A stretch of 64,000 nucleotides of DNA from the NCBI GenBank assembly GCA_977017645.1, contig OZ360230.1, forward strand, positions 74,090,001-74,154,000, in the 5' to 3' direction. The stretch comes from Torpedo marmorata. Its lineage: Eukaryota. Numbering within the stretch: the stretch's first letter is position 1; every line of letters begins with the position of its first letter. Positions 24,020 through 35,100 of the stretch are shown piece after piece. A program made the translations under genes and the position numbers. Below the pieces are notes generated by a model that was given only the letters and a program-made list of their open reading frames with translations, was not told the origin of the DNA and did no database searches.

Positions 24020-24365
24020 AAGAATCAGTAAGTGAAAGCGATGACTTTTTGCCAAAAGAAGGTTGTTTCTCTTTTGGAACCGCCTTTCAAACAAAGCCCA
24101 GTCTTAACTATCTCATCGTTTGATTGATTAAGGCTTTGAATAAAGTTCCGCGCCAGACTGACAGGGTTTTTTGAATAGCCACTTCCAAATAAAGCCCACT
24201 CGGATGGCTGTGCTTGAAGATCAGAGTGTAAAGGATGAGTTTACCGGCAGTTAGCAAGTTATAAATAGAGGACTCAGACAATGGTACCTTCTCTGAGGAC
24301 AGACGGGCTTTACAACAGTCCTGGCGTCATATCCTGCTGTGGCGCTTCAACTCTCAGCCAGACCA
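24020..24365 (+). promoter_or_regulatory. Upstream enhancer cluster, probable counterpart of the Pax3 neural crest enhancer (NCE1/NCE2)
   Basis: About 1 kb upstream of the ATG: Pbx-type TGATTGAT 24121, TCF CTTTGAA 24134, Meis TGACAG 24159, Cdx-like TTATAAA 24259, Sox ACAATGG 24278, CRE-like TGGCGTCA 24322, Zic-like CCTGCTGTG 24333. Orthology is inferred from position and motif content. Confidence 0.6.
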
Positions 24366-24844
24366 TTTCTTTCTCTTTTTTGGTTCTTCCTTGATTCTTA
24401 ATACTACACATATAAACCCAGGAAAATGCGAAGGCTGGATTCATCTGTGATCATCACAGTGCCTTGGTTATTACCTGAGAGGCATTTGTTTTTTTTTCCA
24501 GATTTTCTGTTGGACTGTCCTTCACATTAATAACCTCAAACACAGTTTTGCCAGAGATTGGTTTGAGAGGGACAGCTTCTAAATGTTAGTAAATGGTATT
24601 GCTGATAATAATTCAGAGTGTCAAAGAATGTAGCCCTGTGTTAATAGACCGCTTTCATTTGCCTTCAAAATTAGACTTTGCCTTGCAGATAATCTCTTAA
24701 AAATTGGTGCGCGATTTAGATCTATGACAGATAACCAGCGAAAGCTGTGCGTTACAAAGCTTTCAGGAGGGGTTCTATTCCTGCCGCAGTCGCAAGTTCA
24801 CTTTTTATTTCAAAATCATATTTCCAGTGATGGGAAAGGAAGAT

Positions 24845-24990
24845 TGCGGGGATTGGCCAATCAAAGCACACGTTTCCATAGAGAAGAATCTCGCTTATTC
24901 TCCAATCAGAAGGCAGGGGTCTCGGTGGAGCCAGGGGTGGAAGAACTGATAAATTCTCCAGGTCACCGTCCCATCGACTTCTGGTTGTGA
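24845..24990 (+). promoter_or_regulatory. Pax3 core promoter
   Basis: CCAAT boxes (GATTGGCCAATC 24851-24862; CCAATCAG 24902), TATA-like GATAAAT 24948-24954, then ~340 nt with no ATG up to the start codon. Confidence 0.6.
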
Positions 24991-25291
24991 CCACAACAAC
25001 TCTTAGCCCCTGGACCACAGTTGTACCTGTCACGCACAACAGAGGAACGCGCGAACCACCACCAGCACTAACTTTAGAAACTTCGACAAAAAACTCAACT
25101 TTCTTGAGATCGCCGGTTAAGTATTGAGGGCATCACATCAGCTGAGAACAACTGAAGCTGCATTTTACTTTTCCTGAAGTCGACTGGCCTGAGTGGATTT
25201 ACCTAAAAGTGGCCATTATTTTTATTATTTTTAAAAAATCTCTCCTCCTTCGACAACCCACTGAAAATTTGGGACTGAACGTGTCCATAAA

Positions 25292-25379
25292 ATGAGCACG
25301 TTGGCTGGACCGGTCCCAAGAATGATGCGGCCAGCCCCGGGACAGAATTATTCTCGCAGCAGCGGATTCCCACTGGAAG
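25292..25379 (+). CDS. pax3: Paired box protein Pax-3, coding exon 1
   Basis: [29 protein letters not shown] followed by the donor G|GTGAG; matches the PAX3 N-terminus MTTLAGAVPRMMRP.. with one extra Ser; 88 nt. Confidence 0.9.
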
Positions 25380-26227
25380 GTGAGCTCTACATGCTTTAAC
25401 GGATCGAGTAATCTTTAGTTTCCGACTATGAAAGAGAAAAGCCGTTTACGCGCATCCACTGAGAATCTTCTGTGCGTGGGAACGGCAATACATTAATACT
25501 GACCCAATAATGGTTTTATGTGACTGCAACTGTACAGGCCTCTTTAGTGGATGCCTTTCTGGGGTTTCATAGCTCACAAACGTGCCTTCTCCAAGAATCA
25601 TGTTCAGTTCATACAGTAAGTAGATTCTAATATAATTGAGGACTTTCTGGGTGTTTGGCACGCACTGAGCCACGTTAAGTGTCGATGGAGACAAACTGTG
25701 AAATCTAACAGAAACAAATATACTTGTGTTCGTTTCAGATTCCGAAGTTTGGTTCGTTTTAACCGTGTTAAATGCCAAATTTAATGTGAGCAGTCCCTCC
25801 CGAACTTTTAGTTTTATTTCAACTCAGGCTGCGGAATCGCAGTTTATAAATGCATTAGACTATTTTTTGTAACCGATGCGGATTGCTTTGCTTTTCAAAA
25901 CATAGATTGAAATATTGTGGTTGCAGGTATAATCGCGTTCATTGCAACGTATCGGAACCATTACTTCCAACTTTTATGGTGCAATTTGAAATAATATTGT
26001 CAAGAGACATCCATGCATAGATTTTTACATTTTAGTTCTGAAACAAGGAACAGTTTTATTTGAACGCGTTTTCTACAAATAGATATTGCGCGATATATAA
26101 ACACCCGTTGACCAACGTTTACGAAGCGTTGATAAAATATATTCAGAGTTCCTTTCTACTTTTCTGTGCGATTGGTTGAGTTACAACATATTTATTGACA
26201 CTGCATTTTCCCCCCCTCTTCAAATAG

Positions 26228-26460
26228 TGTCAACGCCTTTAGGTCAAGGGAGAGTGAACCAGCTCGGAGGAGTTTTTATTAACGGCCGGCCTCTGCCAAA
26301 TCATATCAGGCACAAGATAGTGGAAATGGCCCATCACGGCATCCGACCTTGTGTCATCTCCCGACAGCTGAGGGTCTCCCACGGTTGTGTCTCTAAAATC
26401 CTCTGCAGATACCAGGAGACGGGATCTATCAGGCCAGGGGCGACTGGAAGCAAACCTAGG
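26228..26460 (+). CDS. pax3: Pax-3 exon 2 (paired domain PAI subdomain and linker)
   Basis: TAG acceptor; [78 protein letters not shown]; GTAAGT donor; 233 nt. Confidence 0.95.
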
Positions 26461-27961
26461 GTAAGTACGATCACTCATCAAAAAATCGCATTCTGTATTA
26501 CAACTTGGTTGATGCATCTACCGCGTCATGAAAGACGTTGTTACGGTTTCTCTCCAAAGTACACGGATGGCGCTGCTATCTTTTCAAAGGCTCTCCAAAT
26601 ACAGACAGTTAAATGGACATAAACCACCTGAGGATTGGAGTACTGCATCATTTTTTAAACTGTAAATCAACATCTGCTTTTGCAGATCTGCCCCACTAAC
26701 ATCTGTGGTTACACAGACATGTGCAACACTTAGAAACGCCTGTCATAATCGAGGTACTGAAGACAATTTAAGCGTTATTTACTAATCCATCTCTTATAAA
26801 ATTAACTAAACCTTTATAGCTTCTAGAATATGAAATTTGTCAACGCGGCATTTTAGGGCAGTGTTTTTTAATTCCGTGTATTCTAAGAGTTATATTAGAA
26901 GTTGCACAAATTTTATCAGCTGAAACTATTACTGTTAAGAACTTCCATCAACCAAAAAGCCAAGAATAATAAAACGTCTATCAGCAGCGAAGGTACCTGT
27001 AATAATCGGATTTAATTAGTTAAAATAACCCAAGGAGCAACATAAATAATCGGTTCATAATTTTAATATTTCTAAAAGAGTAAAACTAAATGCAATTTTC
27101 AATTTGGTAAATTAAATGAACTGGATTTATTAAATAATATTTCTTTCATACTGTCTATATTAAATGTGAACATTGTTTAATATTTGCATTGTACACATCC
27201 AGAAACATGAATTAATTACCATTTTGATGTATGATGCTACATATTTAAACATAAGATGAAAGGAAATGTTGAACAATTTAAACGATTTCGGCAAAACCTT
27301 TCTAGGGGAAGGGGTGCTTTTTAGACGTAACTGTAGTTTACCGTTTCGTTTCTATTGGGGATGGCCAATTCTATGTTTATAATGGCAAAACATTATTGCT
27401 TAATTTGTAATTCAATCTTTAATGTTTAATGGTTTTGACACAGACAATTAAACACGCAAACTGTAATGGCCCGCAATTATCGTAATATAGGTCATTAAAC
27501 ACAGGAATTGTACTTCGGTTACTCCGCTTTTTCAATAAACATGACCGCAAAGTTCAAGTACCGATTTGCAGCGAAGTTACCAATCAATAAAACCGATTTT
27601 TTTTTTTTGTCGAGTTTGACTTTCATTTCTGTAAGTCAAATTCATAGCGTGATCAGGAACTATGTTTGCGCTTCCGACTATCATGTCCAAATAAAGTTTT
27701 AAATATTAAATCTGAAAATTATTCCACGCGTTTAATTTTATTTTGTCTGATGCATTCAGCAGGATTTTTCCTATCAAAATTCGTAGAAGGAATTATAATG
27801 TACGCACTTCTGTATCGGGAGTAAATGGAAATTGAGTAGAAATTCCTGCTATATTAGATTTTCAAGGCAGGATATTTCTGCAATTGATTAGTTTACCAGT
27901 TGCAACGAAGAAAAGTTATAAACAAACTTTTGTTCTCTTTGTTGTATCATTTCCAATGAAG

Positions 27962-28091
27962 CAAATGACAATACCAGACGTGGAAAAAAAGATCGAAGAA
28001 TATAAGAAAGAGAATCCTGGAATGTTTAGCTGGGAAATTCGGGATAAGTTATTGAAAGACGGCATGTGTGATCGGAATACCATTCCCTCAG
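27962..28091 (+). CDS. pax3: Pax-3 exon 3 (RED subdomain)
   Basis: Pyrimidine tract and AAG acceptor; [43 protein letters not shown]; donor G|GTTGGT; 130 nt, phase consistent with neighbours. Confidence 0.95.
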
Positions 28092-28608
28092 GTTGGTTCA
28101 ATATTACTGATTTGTGCGAATTGAAATAAAGTCAAATAATATTGTGATTAACATGCAAGCACAACAATTCTTATTTCACTTAAACATGTAATTCGCTGCA
28201 AATATAAATGATATCCAGCTGCATTGCTGATAATAAATGAAACAACAATGCATGGTGTTCACAAATGATTTCAATGCCTCAGATTTGAAAATATTATTTC
28301 TCTGGCCCTTTAACTTATTCGCTGCGCTAATATTGACAACAGTTAGGTCATGACTTCTGTAGTTTAGATTGAGATTCAACATTTGCAGGAATTTGCTTTT
28401 CACGATGTTCTTGATCAAGAATGTGATCTTTCTCTTGAGAGGTGTGACCATGTGATTATTTTTAATGTATAAAAGTAAAATATAATGTCTTCATCCGAAA
28501 TTATAAGTGAAATATTTAACTTCATGTTCTGGATAGTTTACATGAATATAATATTGCACAGAATTTGAAACATTTTGTTCATCTTATTAAACATTTATTT
28601 CAAACAAG

Positions 28609-28743
28609 TGAGTTCAATAAGCCGTATCCTGAGGAGTAAATTCGGAAAGAAAGAAGAGGAAGAGGAAGAGTGTGGAAGAAAAGAATACGAAGATGGCGAT
28701 AAAAAGACCAAGCACAGTATTGACGGGATTCTGGCTGATAAGG
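28609..28743 (+). CDS. pax3: Pax-3 exon 4 (end of paired domain, acidic stretch, octapeptide)
   Basis: AAG acceptor; [45 protein letters not shown]; donor G|GTAAGA; 135 nt. Confidence 0.95.
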
Positions 28744-29569
28744 GTAAGAGGTGGAATTTATGCAATCACTTGTACATTCTTTTTGTGATTAAAATCTGTC
28801 AATTTTTTTTGTCAAGATAATATCTGTTTTATAGATATAAATTAAGTAATCCAAAAGCTTGTATTGTGTACATATTTTGGACAAAATACATATTCGTATA
28901 TATATATATATATATGAACCAGAACTACTGTAACTACGAATTAAAGTTAATTAACTCAAAACTATGATAGAAACAAAACGGTCCCTTGGAGGTTTCAACA
29001 GAATGGCCACAAGCACAGTTGCCTCCAGATGCAAATGCCTAGGTGCTCTGAGCTTTGTTTTGCTGTTCTGGCATTTCCCGGAGTGAGGGAAAGTGGACGG
29101 AAGTATTGCTTTTGTTTCACCCTGTGAGTTTTATTGAGCTTGTTAAGGTGGTAAAATTTACGCCAAAGTGTTAAAACAATTGAACAAAGTTTAGGAAAGG
29201 GCGGCAATATCAAAGTTCGAAACGCAACCAGGACAATCCTTATCAGCACCACAACCTGTTGACAGTTTGCCGCTTCGTTGTGGGCAAAGTTTAACAGATG
29301 TTTTTCAACGTTTACCATCTGACTGCAATTCCATTGACTTCCAGAGAATGCTGCTAGAGGAATAAGCTTAATATTGTTCATGGATTATCAGTGTTCTTGT
29401 TGATTATTACAGAGTAATAATACTATATAGTACTACTTGGAGTGTGTCAACTCCATCAGGAAAATCAACAGATTGCGCCTGGTGAAGGACTTCGCCTCAT
29501 TATTGCTAAATTCCTGTTAATTTAAATGATACAGATATCAAATATAGATTGCAGATAACAGAGAAGCAC

Positions 29570-29755
29570 ACAAAAAAACCCGCAGATTTTGGAATATTAA
29601 ATGAATGAAGAGAAACTAGAGTGATTCGGCGGATCAGACAGCATCCATGGATAGAAATGGTCACAGTGTTTCGGGTCGGGAACCTTTATCGATAAAGAGT
29701 CTCGACCCAAAACGCGGACCGACTATTTCTATCCATGGATGCTGCCTTTCCAGCT
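29570..29755. mobile_element. Penelope-derived inverted-repeat element
   Basis: Arms cagcatccatggatagaaatggtc and gactatttctatccatggatgctg around a decayed gtttcgggtcgg / ctcgacccaaaac core. Confidence 0.7.
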
Positions 29756-31644
29756 TTTATTAGATCGCAGATAATATATGCAAACAAGTGCAAATACCTT
29801 ACCAAAAACCTTCTTAATTTCGAGCATTAAAAAACGATTTTAGTGTCAATTTCAAAGACCAACTATTGTTGTCTTAAATTAGCCACCCCTTAAAGTTGTA
29901 GTATTATATAAGAAAACATCACTTTGTAAATTTGTCCTCATTTTCGTAATCATTCGGCCAGTTTTGGAAGATGAAGGAAGTTTCAGATAATCAAATAAGA
30001 TAGCTGCCCTGACATGCAATATAACATAACTTATTAAAATTAGACGTTATTGTTTCAGATATTCTTTTAAACCGATACCTATACTGATGGAATTTGCAGA
30101 ACGATTTGAAATATAATGATAAATGTGTCGGATAGGGGGACAAATATATGAGCGCATTCCCGGACTAATTTCAATATGATGTTATATCAAAACTGGTCTA
30201 AAATTGACTAATTACGTTTCAGCAAGATCCGAAAATTGGAACTGATTCAGTGCAGATGTGAATCGAATTGTCTTTAATTATGTAATATTTGGAATGCATT
30301 AAATTATACAAGAAAGCGAGATTCGAGATATTTAAAGAAAATGGATCGTTCTAAAGAAAATTACAGCGAATTCTGGTTTATATATGCATCTTGTGTGTAA
30401 CAAAACGAAAACCACACGTTTGGTGCCTTTGTAATGTTTTAAATCAATTCTAAATTGTAAGGGGAAATTTCTACTTGGTGACTTTTGCATATATATTTTT
30501 ATCGCCAATGACAATGTGCTAAAATTGTTCATTCAATATTGGAAGTCCTGAAATCCACCCTGTACTTCCTTTCGATATATCCTTAGCAATACACTTGACC
30601 GTAACTGGAAAGTACCACATGGCGCATTAGAAATAAGGGACAGGTATTATTTTCGAACTTTGGCTGACTGCTTCCTTTCTTGGGAGTCGTTTAACCCTTT
30701 GAGACCCAACTGCAGGAACTTTTTTTGTCCCGCCTATCAGTAATTCGGGATATTTCCCCCCAAAAGAGATACCACAAGAACTTCATCCAGTTTATTACTC
30801 AGAAAAAGAGACTCCCGCTTTGTTCAGTTCTTTTAATGTTTGCTAATATATTTAGGGGACGTTTACACGGGGCAAATTAAAACATGGAACACTGTTTTTG
30901 TTGTGATTGCTTTGTTTGAAAATCACAATGATCCCTATTAAGGAGATAACATAAATAATTGATTAAACTATGCCCAGCCTTTGAAGGAAAATGACTAATC
31001 TCATGTCTGGCTCTGGGATCCTTGCAGGACTATGTTCATGTACAGTTCCTGGGAAAGGAACACTTGCTCCCACTCCAGTTCTAGGGGTTATGAGGGTGCT
31101 GATGAGGTCGATGCTGTGCCAGGGTTACCAGGAAGTGCTTGGTGGGATGTGAGTTGGGTATTTTAGAAAAATTAAAATGCTTCAGATGCAGAAACTCAGA
31201 AATATATATAAGCAGAAAATGTTGGAGACACTCAGTAGATCAAGCAGGATCTGTGGAATTAAAAAGAGTCTCCGTTCCAAGAAGATCATCTGTCTGATAT
31301 GATATCTCTGTTCTTTTTCCATGGATGCTGCCCGACTTGATGAGTGTTTCAGGCATCTTCCTTTATGAGGGGTATTTTGCCGTTAGTATAGGGTTTCTGT
31401 GTGCACTTGTTACATGGATTCGTGGTTCTCGTCGCCAATGCCCCTTCTCCACTTTGAGTGGACATGGGCCAAAAATTCCCAGGAATAGATGGGGAAGTTG
31501 CACGTTTTCAAGGAGGCTTTGAGACATCTTTGCATTTTTGCCTCTGTGCATCTCTTGGCTTGGCGAAATTCGGAATAGTATGTGATTGGTGAGCGTCCTC
31601 GGGGGCGACATGTCCTGCCCATTGGATTCGGTTCTGATCGACAC

Positions 31645-32155
31645 AGAACATATAACAGTCTAGCTCAGGAACAGGCCCATTGGCCTACCATGATACTTAT
31701 GGAAACAAATCGCACCTGGCTGCACGTGGTCCATACCCTCTATTCCCTGCCTATTCACGTGTCATTCCGAACGCCTTTTAAACGTCAATATCGTATCTGC
31801 TACCTGTCCTGCAGCGCGTTGCAGGCACCTTCTCCTCTGTGTAAAAAAACAACTTGCCTCGCACATCTCCATTAACACCTTCTACCCCCACCATAAAGCT
31901 ATGTCCTCCAATATTTGACATCTCAATCCTGGGGAAAAACTGACTGAAATGACTGACTAGGCATCCAATAATTTTATAAACTTCCAGCAGGTCGCCCTGC
32001 AGCATCCGATGATCCAAGTGTGCCGAACCTTTCCTTACAGCAAACACTGTACATTCCAATCTCGCATCATCCTCGTAAACCACTCTGCACCCTCTCTCAA
32101 GCCTCCAGAATCCCGTCCAATGGTATGGTGACCAGACTGCACATAAACGTGGCCA
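31645..32155 (-). mobile_element. CR1 LINE 3' fragment, antisense in intron 4
   Basis: Minus translation RMLQGDLLEVYKII..FFP..E.SN..GH.F.V.......DVRGK.FF; CR1 tail acaggcccattggcc. Confidence 0.8.
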
Positions 32156-35100
32156 AACTATTTATTCAGCTGGAATATAAACAACATTGCGAGAATTAAA
32201 TCAGAATCCTGACATTTTCCAAAAATCCTACAATCGTACCATGCTTTGACAAAAGACATTTTGCCATCAATTTTTTTTTTTAAACCCAGAAAATATATTT
32301 CTCTCTCTGCTGGAGTTTTGGCGGGGTATATGTGCAATGTAGAAATGTCAATTTCCTCTGAGTGGTTCTGAAAGATCGGCGCGGTCTCCATGGGGCTGGT
32401 AGGGAGTTGAAGGCGACCGTGAAACTGTGACCTGATTCATGAAGCGTGATAGCCCGTTTATAGTGGGCAATGTTTATTGATCTGATTAATATACCGTATT
32501 CACCATTTGAATTATCCTGGGTGTGTATTTAACGAGCTCCTTTATGGATCATAATAGCACGGAAAAGGTATGGAGTGCCTCGTTTTAACTTGTTGGGCAT
32601 TGTTGTGAATTGATTTTCTTTTTTCCCCGCTAACAAAGTACCTTTTCGCAAAGACATGATTTGTTAATCAAAACATCGAATCTATATAAAAAAGACTGGA
32701 AAACTCTTGGAGAGAGTGGATAAATTTAAGTCCTTTTTAGCATTAGCCTTGCGCACAAGCTTTGACACAAAGTGTCGCTTGTTGCAGGAGTCCATAGACC
32801 TGCACGAAATTCGCTGCAAATAGGATCTTGAGTAGACAAAAACGACCAAATGAGCTGGTCAAACATTTGTACAACTTTTCCAGCTATACAAAGAGGTCCT
32901 TGAATACACAATCCACACTTGGAGATGAACTTGGAAAACAAAGAAGCGTGAGTCCATTGAAAGTTACACTTTAGGCTTGGAAGGACAAAGCCTATGCCAG
33001 TGACAGCTTGGTCGCAACAAAAGAAGGCAACCTTTTTGTAATTCAGGGAAAAAAAAGAACAGAAACCGTCCAAACAAAAGGCTGAGAAAAGACATTATGG
33101 GCTTGCAATGAGGGATGAATTATTCAGTGATCGCCAGTAGCAGCCAGTTCTTGGAGTTTTATGGACTCTGCTTCCACCGTGGAAAACTAGCCATTTTCAC
33201 CTACAAAATGTTTCTTTTGCCATCTTTTTAGACGTGTAAGATGCCGACTGTCATTCAAAACCAAAATACAATTGGCACTATTTTGAGTGAACACATTCTT
33301 TGACTCAGGGGCTGGCATTAGATTGGAAGGAGAGAGAAAACTGCGAAGAATGCTGGATATTTCCTTATAGTTATTAGATTAAAGTTCAAGATTTGCAAAT
33401 TAATGTAGCTAAATACAGTATTGCGGTTCAAGACGTAAAAGGTTTGTGTATTAATTCTTGTACCGTCTACTCACTTCGTCATCATTAGTTTAAAGAGGGG
33501 AATAAGTTATTGGGGAGAGAAAATGCCCTTTGCATTCTAATCTCAGCAAACTGTTTAGGTTGTAATTAACCCAGGATTACAGGTAATCAAACGGTTCAAA
33601 TCACTGGAGAGTTTTGCCGTTTTCACATACCCGGTGATACGAGGCATTCGACCACAGAGTGTGAAGTTTGTAACTTCCAAGTAGTTTGAAGAAGCCCTTA
33701 ATAGCAACATCTTGTTCAGGCGCATCTGACAAATTTACAAGATCAGAATAAAAGATAATTGTAATTTAGAAAAAAAGATTTTAAAATAAAAGTGAAAAAA
33801 GCTTGCTTGTACTCAAGGACATTGTGTAGGAGCTAACTTTAGGTGGACTTTTCAAATCTCGAAAGTGCTGGTCTTGCCTTTTTTATATAAAAAAGTCAGA
33901 TAAATATAATAGATCATTGAAAGTTTTATTTTCAGGTCAGCTAATTACGAACCGTTAGAGCAGAACCCGCTTGCTAAGTTCGCCTCGTGGTTAATTCTCT
34001 CTGCTGGCCATTTTGCTTTAAATATAAACGGCTCCTACAAATGTTTCTGCCAGGGTTATATTTAATGATTTAGAAGTGTACTTAAGTGACTGAGGTTGCC
34101 GGCTCTTCGTTGAATGGGTCACTGTTTTCGCGCAGCTTCAGGCGTGGTCAAGCTCGATTTATCTGCAATCATGCGCAGGTCCAAAATTCAATCACGACCC
34201 GGACCGAAGCCTCTTAAAGCTGATTAAATCGAGCCTTTTATTTCTTCTCACTTTCATCTCTCCCTGACCCGCCCCCAATTCGCCCGGGGCACAAATTCGT
34301 GAAATTTCTCTCCCCTTTTTTCTCTCTCGCTGGGACCGCTGTTCGAAGCAACTAACAAGCAAAGCTGCGAGGGAGGAACGAGATGAAATAAATTTTGTGG
34401 AATGTGGGAAGTTTTGAACGAGCCGAAGCATTTTTGGTTCGTGTAGTCATAAAATTCCTGATAGCTGATAACTACTGCAGACACGCGACTCCCGGAGACT
34501 ATCTTAATATTTAGATGTAAGATTACAACTCACAGTTTTGTTCATTCACTTGGGTGTGCGCGGAGTGACAGAGCTAGGAGCTGTTAGGGTGAATAAGGGA
34601 AAGACAACAGATTCAAAGTGCGATGCTATCAGATAAAACTTATTTCTCCACTTGCAAAAGTATGACGAGGCAAACCAAATGTTGGGAGTTACAAGACTGA
34701 AAATTGTGTTGCGCGGGGAGATGGGTGTAAACGGGAGGGTTGTGATTATCACTCCAAGAAGCTAGACAGTGTTCCCTCATGATGACTCCCTTAAGATAAG
34801 CGCACGGACCAATGTTATATTTCGGTTGACAACTGCTTTGAAGAAACAAAGTAGACGGGATTGCAATGCCATGAACCTTCTTGCTGATTCATCTCTTAGG
34901 TGTACACAAGTCTACTTTTTACATGCAATGTATTAAAAAAATAAATCATGTTGAATTAGCATATATTTCGTGGATGCAGAGGTGATAAGCTTTTCACGAC
35001 TCCTCGGGCAGTTATTCTTCGTGCCAATCACACTTATCAGTTACGCACACAAATAAAATAAGCGAATTATATCTGCACGGGTAAGATTACAATTACAGAG

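Noticed and set aside
26176-26622. Single-exon 148-aa Pax ORF from the ORF track
   Set aside because: The ORF runs through intron sequence on both sides of exon 2; canonical splice sites define 26228-26460.
28092-28100. Pax7-style GL alternative splice at the exon 3/4 junction
   Set aside because: No second in-frame AG 6 nt upstream of exon 4, and the second GT at +5 of the donor would shift the frame.
28897-28915. (TA)n microsatellite as a functional element
   Set aside because: Short ordinary simple repeat.
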